Shown: positions 45,178 to 53,864, numbered from the stretch's first letter. The stretch is 64,000 nt of DNA from Pirellulales bacterium (GCA_041750795.1 JBGSYQ010000529.1:612-64611), one strand, 5' to 3'. The notes: generated by a model not told the origin, from the sequence alone. Numbers and translations: made by a program.

Positions 45178-46185
45178 ATGGATCGGCGCCGATTTTCAGC
45201 CGCGTGCATTGCGGGCGCAAGCCACTTGTTAGTGTCTTGGCGCGCCGAGGCCGATGAAATGCCCCACAAGCCTTCGACCGGCTACTTCAACGCGATCGCG
45301 CCCACTTTGGGAGGCAAGCAGTTCTGGGCCGATGAGCTGTTCTTTCACGACTGGCACATCCAGCGCAACGCGCTGACCGGTCATTGCCGATTGCTGAGCG
45401 GATCGAACCTGCGCTACGCGTGGGGCAGTTTCGACGAATGTCGCGCAAAGTTGGAGCAGATCAAGCAACAGAAACAACTGCCGCGAATGGACGGTCCCGC
45501 GGTGGTCGTGCTGCACGGGTTGTTTCGCAATTCCGGCTCGATGAGCGACATGGCGCGATTCCTCCGCGAGGAGGGCGGCTACACGGTGTTCAACGTTAGC
45601 TATCCGAGCACGCGCGGCACCGTGGCCGATCATGCTAGTTCGCTGGCCAAGGTGATCGACAGCCTGGACGGGATCAGCGAAATCAACTTTGTCTGCCACA
45701 GCCTGGGAAACCTGGTGGTGCGGCACTATCTGGCCGATCAGGCGCACCCCCAAGCCGGACTGCGGCCCGAGCGGCGGATCAAGCGGATGGTGATGCTGGG
45801 TCCGCCGAATCGCGGCGCGAAGATGGCCGAGGCGTTTGCCGACGTGGGCGCGTTTCACGCGGTGGCGGGCAGTTCGGCCTCGCAGTTGGCCGTCCGCTGG
45901 GCGGAGCTGGAAGCGCGACTGGCGACGCCGGACTTCGAGTTTGGCATCATTGCCGGCGGGCGCGGCACCGAGAACGGCTACAACCCCTGGCTGGGCGCCG
46001 ACAACGACATGGTGGTGAGCGTCGAATCCACGCGGCTGCCCGGCGCCGCCGACTTTATCGTGCTGCCGGCGTTGCACACGCTGATGATGGACGACGACAC
46101 GGTGCAACAGTGTACGCTGCGATTTCTGCAGCAAGGCTGCTTCGTTTCACCCGCCGAGCGGCGACCGATTGGCCGCGGTCCGTGA
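45178..46185 (+). CDS. alpha/beta hydrolase (lipase/esterase, PGAP1-like) with Tat-like signal
   Basis: ATG 45178 gives MDRRRFSAACIAGAS (twin-arginine-like). VVVLHGLF is present. The nucleophile elbow is FVCHSLGN, i.e. CHSLG in place of GxSxG. Confidence 0.8.
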   Translation: MDRRRFSAACIAGASHLLVSWRAEADEMPHKPSTGYFNAIAPTLGGKQFWADELFFHDWHIQRNALTGHCRLLSGSNLRYAWGSFDECRAKLEQIKQQKQLPRMDGPAVVVLHGLFRNSGSMSDMARFLREEGGYTVFNVSYPSTRGTVADHASSLAKVIDSLDGISEINFVCHSLGNLVVRHYLADQAHPQAGLRPERRIKRMVMLGPPNRGAKMAEAFADVGAFHAVAGSSASQLAVRWAELEARLATPDFEFGIIAGGRGTENGYNPWLGADNDMVVSVESTRLPGAADFIVLPALHTLMMDDDTVQQCTLRFLQQGCFVSPAERRPIGRGP

Positions 46186-46273
46186 TGCCCGGGAGTGGCA
46201 GTTGCCCAACGCAATCGCTGCTGCCGCGAGGGCGCTACTACGCCAGACGGCGCTTTGCGCGTACGATAGAGAC

Positions 46274-46744
46274 GTGAGCTCCTTGCCCGGCAGAATCGTG
46301 GGAATCGACTACGGCACACGCCGCATTGGCATTGCCATTAGCGATCCTGCGCAATCGTTCGCCAGTCCGTTCGAGAACTACACGCGTCGCGACGAGGCGG
46401 CCGATGGCCGCCGCTTCCGGCAACTGGTCGAGGAGGAACGCGTCGCGCGGTTCGTCGTGGGATTGCCCGTGCACCTCGATGGCCGCGAGAGCCAGAAGAG
46501 CGGCGAGGCGCGTCAGTTCGCCGTCTGGCTTGCCGAGGCGACCGGCATCGTGGTGGAATTGTTCGACGAACGGTTCACGACGTACGAAGCGGAGCAGTTT
46601 CTGGCCGATGCGCAACTGACCAAGAAGAAGCGCAAAGAGCGCCTCGACAAACTGGCCGCGCAGATCATGTTGACCGCCTATCTCGAATCGCGCCGCGCCG
46701 GCGCCAGCGGCGCCGACAGCTCGACCCGTGGACTGGACGACTGA
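46274..46744 (+). CDS. ruvX: Holliday junction resolvase-like RuvX (YqgF)
   Basis: IVGIDYGTRRIGIAISD is close to the N-terminus if GTG 46274 is used. It also has VVGLPV..DG and DERFTT.EA. The ORF opens at 46169, inside the previous gene. Confidence 0.85.
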   Translation: MSSLPGRIVGIDYGTRRIGIAISDPAQSFASPFENYTRRDEAADGRRFRQLVEEERVARFVVGLPVHLDGRESQKSGEARQFAVWLAEATGIVVELFDERFTTYEAEQFLADAQLTKKKRKERLDKLAAQIMLTAYLESRRAGASGADSSTRGLDD

Positions 46745-46772
46745 GACGGACGATTCGCAGGGCGGGGCACTT

Positions 46773-47648
46773 ATGTCCAAATTGATCTTCGGTTGCGGAT
46801 ACTTGGGCAGCCGCGTCGCACAGCGGTGGCGCGACGCCGCGCAGGCGGTGTACATTGTCACGCGATCCGCCGCCAAGGCCCGCGAGTTCGAGCGCGACGG
46901 CTATCTTCCGATCGTGGGTGACGTGCTGCGCCCCGAAAGCCTGGCAGGGTTGCCCGCCGCCGAAAGTGTCTTGTATGCGATCGGATACGATCGCGCGGCT
47001 GGTGTGTCCCGGCACGTGCTCTACGTCGACGGACTGCGCGCGGCGCTCGACGCACTGCCCGCGGCGACCGGCAAGTTTCTGTACGTCAGCTCGACGGGCG
47101 TCTACGGTCAATCGCACGACGAGTGGGTCGACGAACTCTCGCCGTGCGAGCCGCTGCGCGAAGGCGGAAAAGCGTGCCTGGCCGCCGAGCACGTATTGGC
47201 GGCGCATCCCTTGGGCCGCCGGGCCGTCGTGCTGCGGATGGCCGGCCTGTATGGGCCTGGACGCATTCCAAATGCGGGGGCCATTCAGCGCGGTGAGCGG
47301 GTCGGCGTGGCCGAGCGTGGCTACCTGAATCTGATTCACGTGGAGGACGCGGCCGACGTGGTGCTGGCGGCCGAGCGGCATGCCCAGCCGCCGCGGACCT
47401 ATGTCGTCAGCGATGGTCATCCGGTCGAGCGGCGGGTGTACTATGACGAACTGGCGCGGTTGCTGGGTGCCCCGCCGCCGCAGTTCAGCAGTCCGGCGGC
47501 CGATTCGCCGGCGGCTTCTCGGGCCGAATCGAGCAAACGCATCAAAAATGCACGGCTCGTCGCGGAGTTGCACGTACCGCTGGGCTTTCCCTCATTTCGC
47601 CAGGGATTGGCGGCCATCGTCGCGGCCGAAAGTGCCTCCGGCGCATGA
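46773..47648 (+). CDS. NAD-dependent epimerase/dehydratase family (SDR) protein
   Basis: ATG 46773 gives MSKLIFGCGYLGSRVA (Rossmann GxGxxG). FLYVSSTGVYG is also present. Confidence 0.8.
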   Translation: MSKLIFGCGYLGSRVAQRWRDAAQAVYIVTRSAAKAREFERDGYLPIVGDVLRPESLAGLPAAESVLYAIGYDRAAGVSRHVLYVDGLRAALDALPAATGKFLYVSSTGVYGQSHDEWVDELSPCEPLREGGKACLAAEHVLAAHPLGRRAVVLRMAGLYGPGRIPNAGAIQRGERVGVAERGYLNLIHVEDAADVVLAAERHAQPPRTYVVSDGHPVERRVYYDELARLLGAPPPQFSSPAADSPAASRAESSKRIKNARLVAELHVPLGFPSFRQGLAAIVAAESASGA

Positions 47649-47854
47649 GAATCGACCTCCACACGGCGCAGCCTTCGCATCAGGTGGTTGTCGGTCCGGA
47701 CGTGGGATTCTAGAATTCGGTGCTTTCGCGGCACGCGGACACGCGCCACTCGGCGCGCCGCTGCCGCCCGATGGGAACCAACCAATCTGACGGATCTCTC
47801 GCGACGCCCTCACCCACGCCGCGCAGCGGAGCTCGCCACGCGAAAGAACTAGCC

Positions 47855-48637
47855 ATGCTCCAACGGAAACCGGTTTTTCCTCAGGTCATCGAGATGAACT
47901 ACCAGGCCGGTCAGCGCATCGGCTGCAACGTCTACCTGGTGTTCGACGGCGCCGACTGGCTGCTGATCGACATTGGCTTCGACGAGACGGTCGATGAGAT
48001 CGTGGAGTTGATCCGCCAGCTCGATTTTCCGCTCTCGCACTGCAAAATGCTGATCGCCACCCACGCCGACGTGGACCACGTGCAGGGGCTGGCCAAGATC
48101 GCCGGCCTGGTGAAATCGAAGGTGGTTGGCCACAAGCTGGCCGCCGCCACGCTGGAAAAAGGAGACAAGATCAAAACCTTCGCCGAGATCGACGCGCAGG
48201 GAATTCACCTGGAAATGCCGCCGGTGAAGTTCGACCAGCTTATCGATGAAGGCGACCGCTTGCACCTGGGCAAGCTGGAACTGGAAGTCTGGTACACGCC
48301 GGGCCATACCGACAGTCAGCTTTCCTTCCGCATGGGCAACTTGCTGTTCAGCGCCGACAACATCTATCGCGACGGTTGCGTGGGCGCCATCGACGCCCAT
48401 CACGGCAGTGATATCCAGGCCTTCATCAAGTCGCTGCGGCGCATTCGTTCCAGCGACGTCGAATGGCTGCTGCCCAGCCACGGGCCGATCTTCCGCAAGG
48501 ACAACGCCATGCTCGATCGGGCCATTTCGCGGCTGGAAGGCTACCTGCACATGGCCGACTTCGGCACCTGCGCCATCGACTGGCCGCTGATGGACGAGTG
48601 GGACAAGGAACTTGCCGCGGGCAAGATGCCGCAATAG
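47855..48637 (+). CDS. MBL-fold metallo-hydrolase
   Basis: ATG 47855. It has LIDIG, the ATHADVDH metal motif and YTPGHTDS. Confidence 0.85.
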   Translation: MLQRKPVFPQVIEMNYQAGQRIGCNVYLVFDGADWLLIDIGFDETVDEIVELIRQLDFPLSHCKMLIATHADVDHVQGLAKIAGLVKSKVVGHKLAAATLEKGDKIKTFAEIDAQGIHLEMPPVKFDQLIDEGDRLHLGKLELEVWYTPGHTDSQLSFRMGNLLFSADNIYRDGCVGAIDAHHGSDIQAFIKSLRRIRSSDVEWLLPSHGPIFRKDNAMLDRAISRLEGYLHMADFGTCAIDWPLMDEWDKELAAGKMPQ

Positions 48638-48645
48638 TGGCAGTG
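48618..48645 (+). repeat. 28-bp perfect direct repeat, copy 1 (includes the last codons and stop of the MBL gene)
   Basis: CGGGCAAGATGCCGCAATAGTGGCAGTG. An identical string occurs at 48736-48763. Confidence 0.95.
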
Positions 48646-48735
48646 CCACCGACGATTTCTCTGTCCTTCCGCCGACGGGTCCGCACGAAGCGCTGCGCGA
48701 TTCGTGCTCCAGCGACCATTTGCGTGCGGCAGAAA

Positions 48736-48763
48736 CGGGCAAGATGCCGCAATAGTGGCAGTG
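48736..48763 (+). repeat. 28-bp perfect direct repeat, copy 2
   Basis: CGGGCAAGATGCCGCAATAGTGGCAGTG. It starts 118 nt downstream of copy 1, so it is out of frame with it. Confidence 0.95.
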
Positions 48764-49111
48764 TCTTCGTGCGGTGCGTGCGGTTGCTAGCAACTGTTCC
48801 CGCCCCCGATTGTGTCCGCTGGTGGTAAGCCTTGACGGTTACCGAAACTTTGCGGTGAGCATCGTCCTAAAGTGTGACGGTTCTAGCGGATATTCCCTCA
48901 TTGCCGGATGCGCCGGTTGCCGATTCTGTTGGTTAGCAGCGGGTTGGTTTCTGGGCCCGATGGTCGATCGGACCGGGGCGACTCAGCCAGAAGCATCGGG
49001 CCATTTACCGTGGCCAGCAACGCGCTGCTCGACCCGCCGGCCGATGACGCTTCCCGTGCCACAGAGCGTCGCGGCCGGCTTATCTCGCATCTTTTCAGGG
49101 GGGGAAATCCG

Positions 49112-49438
49112 ATGCTCCGCAGGATCACGCTTGCGCTGTGCTGCGCCGTGGGGATGGCCATCGTGCTGTCCGCCGACGAGGCCCAGGCTCAACAGGCCTT
49201 TAATCGCCAATGGGGCAGTTCGTACAGCACCCGCGATTGGGACCGCTTGTACCACTACCCGTACGTCTACTATCCGCAGAACTTCTGGTCGAACGAGTAC
49301 TACAAAAGCTCGGACAACCTGTACCACCGCTATCCGCAGGAGATGCGCGTGCCGGTCTACAACAAGCAATGGATGAACTACTTCCCGGAAGGGCGGCTGT
49401 ACCACACCGGCCACCACTTCATTCTGGATCAGTTTTGA
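49112..49438 (+). CDS. small secreted aromatic-rich protein (108 aa), unknown family
   Basis: ATG 49112 is preceded by AGGGGGGG. The signal peptide is MLRRITLALCCAVGMAIVLSADEAQA. The mature part is very rich in Y/W/F/H (YHYPYVYYPQNFWSNEYY...). Confidence 0.6.
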   Translation: MLRRITLALCCAVGMAIVLSADEAQAQQAFNRQWGSSYSTRDWDRLYHYPYVYYPQNFWSNEYYKSSDNLYHRYPQEMRVPVYNKQWMNYFPEGRLYHTGHHFILDQF

Positions 49439-49463
49439 GCCGGCGGGAGGCGATACGACGGCT

Positions 49464-50663
49464 TTAAGAAAGTTGCACCGGCGTGCGGGCGAAATGATAG
49501 AGGGCTTCGGCGGCTTGGGCCAACTGGTCGAGCGAAAGCCATTCGTCGGCCGTATGGGCCTCGTCGATCGAACCGGGACCGAACACGATCGACGGCACGC
49601 CGGCCGCGGCGATGGCGGCGGCGTCGGTGCCGTAGGGCACGCCGGTTGACGCCGATTTGATACCAATCGCTTGTGCGGCCGTCACCATGTGCGCCGCCAG
49701 TTTCAGGTTGTCGTCGTCTGACAGGCCGCGGCCATATAAGAACGGCGCTTCATGCTCGATGGCCGGGTCGTCGCCGATTTGCGAGCTGACGTAGTCGATG
49801 ACATGTTGATAGGCTGGCATCGGATCCTCGCCCGGGATCAATCGGCGATCGATCTCGATGGTGCAGCGGTCGGGCACGGTGTTGACGCTCAGTCCGCCGG
49901 CAATGACGCCCACGCTGAGCGTGGGATGGCCGCAACGCGGATGCTCGCCCAGGCCGGTGACGACTTCCTGCTGATAGCGTTCCAGCGCTTCGAGCACGCG
50001 GCGCATCTTGAAGATGGCATTGACGCCCAACTGCGGCTGCGAGCTGTGCGCCGCACGGCCGTGGGCATGACAGCGCCAACGCACCACGCCCTTGTGCGCC
50101 ACCACGACTTGCAACTCGGTGGGCTCGGCAACGACCGCCACGTCAGGACGCCGGGGAATAATCGCCCCAGGTTGCGACCAGAGTTGTGTCAGCGCCGTGG
50201 CCCCGCTGTAGCCGTGCTCCTCGTTGACCGTGCAGGCCATGACGATGGTTGGCATTTCGGCGGGGCGCTCTTCGGCCAGCCGGGCGATCGCCGCCAGCAT
50301 GGCCGCCATACCTCCCTTGATGTCGCACGCCCCGCGGCCATAAATCCGCCCATCGCGCACCACTGGCGTCCACGGCTCGATCGTCATGCCGGTCACTGGC
50401 ACGGTGTCCTGATGCGCCTCGAATAAGACAAGCTGGCCCCCTTCGGCCGGCGGTCGTGCTCCGTCGAGCCTGGCCACGATGTTGTCGCGCTTGGGCTCGA
50501 TGGTTTGCCGCTGGTAGGGGAGCGCCAGCCGGCCGAACAGCCGCTCGAGGTAGTCCGTCACGCGATATTCGAAGTACTCGGGTCCATCGACCGGACGGCC
50601 CATCGGATTCACGCTGGGCAAGGCAATCAGATCGCTCAGAGTTTGGACCACATCCAGCGGCAT
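49464..50663 (-). CDS. M20 family metallopeptidase (ArgE/DapE-like deacylase)
   Basis: ATG 50663 (MPLDVVQTLSDLIALPSVNP). It has FEAHQDTVP, GRGACDIKGG and NEEHGYSGA. Confidence 0.85.
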   Translation of the reverse strand: MPLDVVQTLSDLIALPSVNPMGRPVDGPEYFEYRVTDYLERLFGRLALPYQRQTIEPKRDNIVARLDGARPPAEGGQLVLFEAHQDTVPVTGMTIEPWTPVVRDGRIYGRGACDIKGGMAAMLAAIARLAEERPAEMPTIVMACTVNEEHGYSGATALTQLWSQPGAIIPRRPDVAVVAEPTELQVVVAHKGVVRWRCHAHGRAAHSSQPQLGVNAIFKMRRVLEALERYQQEVVTGLGEHPRCGHPTLSVGVIAGGLSVNTVPDRCTIEIDRRLIPGEDPMPAYQHVIDYVSSQIGDDPAIEHEAPFLYGRGLSDDDNLKLAAHMVTAAQAIGIKSASTGVPYGTDAAAIAAAGVPSIVFGPGSIDEAHTADEWLSLDQLAQAAEALYHFARTPVQLS

Positions 50664-50797
50664 CGGGGAGACTCTTTTGGCGGAAACTCGGGGGAACGCA
50701 TCGCCGGCCATCTGTGTCGGGGCGGCAAGGCGTCATCATACCGCCTGGTGGCGAGTCGGCCACCGCCACGGCCCACCGGACCGCCCCAGCCGCACGC

Positions 50798-50826
50798 TTG
50801 ACCACTGTGGTCTAGGTCGATACGAT
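50798..50826 (+). promoter_or_regulatory. sigma-70-like promoter candidate upstream of the nuo operon
   Basis: TTGACC (50798-50803), a 17-nt spacer, then TACGAT (50821-50826). Pattern match only. Confidence 0.3.
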
Positions 50827-50842
50827 CAGCGGTGCCGGCAGA

Positions 50843-50874
50843 CCCGAAGCCGCACACCGACTTCGGGACTTTTT
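50843..50874 (+). terminator. terminator-like hairpin in the nuo upstream region
   Basis: CCCGAAG (50843-50849), an 11-nt loop, CTTCGGG (50861-50867), then AC and T5 (50870-50874). No T-tract follows on the opposite strand. Confidence 0.4.
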
Positions 50875-50883
50875 CAGGCCCTA

Positions 50884-50905
50884 CTTTGTGACAAGATTCA
50901 CAAAG
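50884..50905. promoter_or_regulatory. perfect palindrome CTTTGTGA-N6-TCACAAAG (CRP/FNR-family-type site or RNA hairpin)
   Basis: It contains the exact TGTGA-N6-TCACA core of the CRP consensus and ends 24 nt before the nuoA ATG. Confidence 0.45.
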
Positions 50906-50928
50906 TGCGCACTTTCCCCGGTTTTTCG

Positions 50929-51327
50929 ATGGATTATGCCGTCCTGCCCATCTTCCTGTTTGGTGCCTGTGCGACGGCCTTGGCCTTCGTGCTGCTGGGC
51001 GTCGGCGCGCTGGTGGGTCCGAGCCGCGACTCGCGCGTCAAAGAGATGCCCTACGAAAGCGGGATGGATCCGATTCACGACGCGCGGCGGCGCTTCGACG
51101 TGCGGTTTTACCTGGTAGCGATCGCCTTTCTGGTGTTCGACGTCGAGTTGCTGTTCCTCTATCCGTGGGCTGTGGCCAGCCGCAATCCGCAGGGGATCGA
51201 CGCGGCCGTGGCCAGTGGCTGGGTGAGCGGCCGCGGTCTGGTGTTCGCAGAAGTGCTGGTGTTCCTGGTGTTGTTGGGCGCCGGTTTCGTCTACGCCTGG
51301 CGGAAGGGGGTTTTCCAATGGCGCTAG
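50929..51327 (+). CDS. nuoA: NADH-quinone oxidoreductase subunit A
   Basis: 132 aa from ATG 50929 with 3 TM helices. Motifs are PYESGMDP and FLVFDVELLFLYPW. Confidence 0.9.
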   Translation: MDYAVLPIFLFGACATALAFVLLGVGALVGPSRDSRVKEMPYESGMDPIHDARRRFDVRFYLVAIAFLVFDVELLFLYPWAVASRNPQGIDAAVASGWVSGRGLVFAEVLVFLVLLGAGFVYAWRKGVFQWR

Positions 51328-51899
51328 AAGTACCGGAAAACGTGGTGGTCAGCAAGCTCGACGAGTTGGCCAGTTGGTGTCGCAAGAACAGCTTGTGGCC
51401 GATGCCGTTTGCGACGGCCTGCTGTGGCATCGAGCTGATGGCTACCGGCGCCAGCCGGCACGACTTGGCGCGGTTTGGCGCCGAGGTGATGCGGTTCAGC
51501 CCGCGGCAGTGCGACGTGATGATCGTGGCGGGGCGCGTGGTGATGAAGATGCTGCCGGTGCTGCAACGCATATGGCAGCAGATGCACGAGCCGAAGTGGT
51601 GTATTTCGATGGGCGCTTGCGCGTCGACCGGGGGCGTGTTCGACACGTACAGCGTGGTGCAGGGGATCGACCGGTTCATTCCGGTGGACATGTACGTGCC
51701 CGGCTGTCCGCCGCGCCCCGAGCAGTTGATTCAGTCGATCATCGACTTGCAGGACAAGATTCAACGGGAAGGAACGATTTCGGGGCGAGAGTTTCTGGCG
51801 CGGCAGCGGCAGGAGCCGAAGCGAGCGCTGGTCGAGTTGCCGGTGATTTCCCTGCCGCGCGGCGTGAGCCGGCTGCCGCAGGGTGTCCGAGTGGAATGA
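51318..51899 (+). CDS. nuoB: NADH-quinone oxidoreductase subunit B
   Basis: ATG 51318 overlaps the nuoA end by 10 nt. Motifs are FATACCGIELMA, GACASTGGVFD and VPGCPPRPE. Confidence 0.93.
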   Translation: MALEVPENVVVSKLDELASWCRKNSLWPMPFATACCGIELMATGASRHDLARFGAEVMRFSPRQCDVMIVAGRVVMKMLPVLQRIWQQMHEPKWCISMGACASTGGVFDTYSVVQGIDRFIPVDMYVPGCPPRPEQLIQSIIDLQDKIQREGTISGREFLARQRQEPKRALVELPVISLPRGVSRLPQGVRVE

Positions 51900-51917
51900 A
51901 GGCGCGATAGGCCGCGA

Positions 51918-52415
51918 ATGATCGAGCAGCAAACCGTAGCAGCCACTAGTGCGCAGTTCCCCGCAATCGCGTGGAGTGAGTTTCGCGGCGATACGCGCGG
52001 CGTGGTGCCGCGCGACGCGCTGTTCGCCGTGTTGCAGTACTTGCGCGACCAGCGCGGGTTCGATTTGCTGGTGGACATCACCTGCGTCGACTATTTGAAT
52101 TATCGCGACGCCGACGACCGTTTCGGATTGGTCTACATTTTGACCAACACCCGCACCAACGAAACCATCACGCTGCGCGCGTTCGTGAACGATCCCGACC
52201 CAAGTGTGCCGTCGGTCGTGCCGTTGTGGCCGGGCGCCAATTGGCTGGAGCGCGAGGTATGGGACATGTTTGGCATTGGCTTCGAAGGACATCCGGACCT
52301 GCGGAGAATCCTGATGCCCGAGGAGTTCACCGCGCATCCGCTGCGCAAGGATTACCCGTTGCAGGGCCGGGGCGAGCGGCACAATTTCCCCGTTTTGCAA
52401 CGTGCCGAGGGATAG
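51918..52415 (+). CDS. nuoC: NADH-quinone oxidoreductase subunit C
   Basis: 165 aa. It has WPGANWLEREVWDMFGIGFEGHPDLRRIL. Confidence 0.9.
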   Translation: MIEQQTVAATSAQFPAIAWSEFRGDTRGVVPRDALFAVLQYLRDQRGFDLLVDITCVDYLNYRDADDRFGLVYILTNTRTNETITLRAFVNDPDPSVPSVVPLWPGANWLEREVWDMFGIGFEGHPDLRRILMPEEFTAHPLRKDYPLQGRGERHNFPVLQRAEG

Positions 52416-52503
52416 CGGTTCGGTACGAGCGATGGACCGGCGCCGAGCCGCGTCTCGCTGCCCGACGTGCGACCGCCGGGACGAACTTTCCGCATGAAAT
52501 GAA

Positions 52504-53733
52504 ATGATGTCGGTAGCCGAAACAAAAACGCTCGAACAGCTCGCCAAAGCTGAGGCGCGCGACTACCTGTGGACCCTCAACTTTGGTCCGCAGCACCCGG
52601 CCACGCACACCACGCTGCGCATCGTGCTGATGCTCGAGGGCGAGCGGGTGGTGGATGCCATTCCCGACATCGGCTACTTGCACTCCGGATTCGAGAAGAT
52701 CGGCGAGCACCTCAACTATAACCAGTACGTGACCGTCACCGACCGGATGAACTACATCTCGCCGCTGGCCAACAACATCGCCTGGCACGGCGCGGTAGAG
52801 AAGCTGCTGGGCCTGGAGATCACGCCGCGCTGCAAGTACGTGCGCACAATACTGGCCGAGTTGGCGCGGATCAGCGATCACCTGTTGAGCAACGGCGCCG
52901 TGGGGCTGGACGTCGGCGCTTTCACGTTCTTCCTGTACGGGTTTTACCAGCGGGAAGTGCTGTACGACATTTTCGAAACGCTGTGCGGCGCGCGATTCAC
53001 CAACAGTTATACCCGCGTGGGCGGCGCCATGCACGACATGACGCCGCTGGTGATCGAGAAGATCCGCGCCTTTGTGCGTACGTTTCCCAAGACGCTCGAC
53101 GACATGGAGCGGCTGCTCAATCGCAACCGCATTTTCGTCGATCGCACCAAGGGTGTCGGCGTGCTGTCGAAGGAAGAGGCGATTGCCCGCAGCGCCACCG
53201 GACCGATCGCCAGGGCCAGCGGCGTCACGCGCGATTTGCGCAAAGACGCGCCGTACCTGGCCTATCCGGACCTCGACTTCAAGATCTGTTGCGCCCCGGC
53301 GGGCGATTGCTTCGCACGCTACCTGGTGCGCATGGCCGAGATCCGCGAGAGCCTGAGGATCGTGGCGCAGGCGATCGAAAACCTGCCGTCCGGGCCGATC
53401 AACGTCGAGATCGAAGAGCGCACGGCGTTGCCCGACAAAAAGCAGGTTTACACCACAATCGAAGGCACGATATCGCACTTCGAGCTGGTGATGTGGAACC
53501 GCGGCTTTACGGTGCCGCACGACGAGACCTATGCCGCGATCGAAGCGCCCAACGGCGAGCTGGGCTTTTACGTAGTCGGCGACGGCACGGACGTCGCCTA
53601 TCGGGCGCGCTGCCGGCCGCCATCGTACATCCACTTCGCACTATTTCCGCATTTGATACGCGGCCACACGCTCAGCGACGTCGTGGCTGTGCTCGGAAGT
53701 TTGAACATCATTGCCGCAGAACTCGACAGATAG
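52504..53733 (+). CDS. nuoD: NADH-quinone oxidoreductase subunit D
   Basis: 409 aa. It has NFGPQHPATHTTLRIVL, GELGFYVVGDG and LGSLNIIAAELDR at the C-terminus. Confidence 0.95.
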   Translation: MMSVAETKTLEQLAKAEARDYLWTLNFGPQHPATHTTLRIVLMLEGERVVDAIPDIGYLHSGFEKIGEHLNYNQYVTVTDRMNYISPLANNIAWHGAVEKLLGLEITPRCKYVRTILAELARISDHLLSNGAVGLDVGAFTFFLYGFYQREVLYDIFETLCGARFTNSYTRVGGAMHDMTPLVIEKIRAFVRTFPKTLDDMERLLNRNRIFVDRTKGVGVLSKEEAIARSATGPIARASGVTRDLRKDAPYLAYPDLDFKICCAPAGDCFARYLVRMAEIRESLRIVAQAIENLPSGPINVEIEERTALPDKKQVYTTIEGTISHFELVMWNRGFTVPHDETYAAIEAPNGELGFYVVGDGTDVAYRARCRPPSYIHFALFPHLIRGHTLSDVVAVLGSLNIIAAELDR

Positions 53734-53859
53734 TGGTCAGTGATCAGTGGCTAGCGGCCAATTTGAGGAGTCGGTGATACGCCGCTGCCACGTAGCACGA
53801 AAGAAACCACGAAACTCCTGGTGCAGAATACTGACGACTAACCACTAACCACTGACCAC
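53733..53859. repeat. inverted triple-heptamer repeat spanning the nuoD-nuoE spacer
   Basis: The left arm is GTGGTCA GTGATCA GTGGCTA (53733-53753). The right arm is TAACCAC TAACCAC TGACCAC (53839-53859). The arms are complementary at 18 of 21 positions, with an 85-nt spacer. Confidence 0.8.
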
Positions 53860-53864
53860 TGCAA

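Noticed and set aside
47707-47716. An AT-rich perfect palindrome ATTCTAGAAT lies about 140 nt upstream of the MBL hydrolase gene.
   Set aside because: It is only 10 bp with no partner sites or recognisable consensus. It is plausibly chance and not worth a separate claim.
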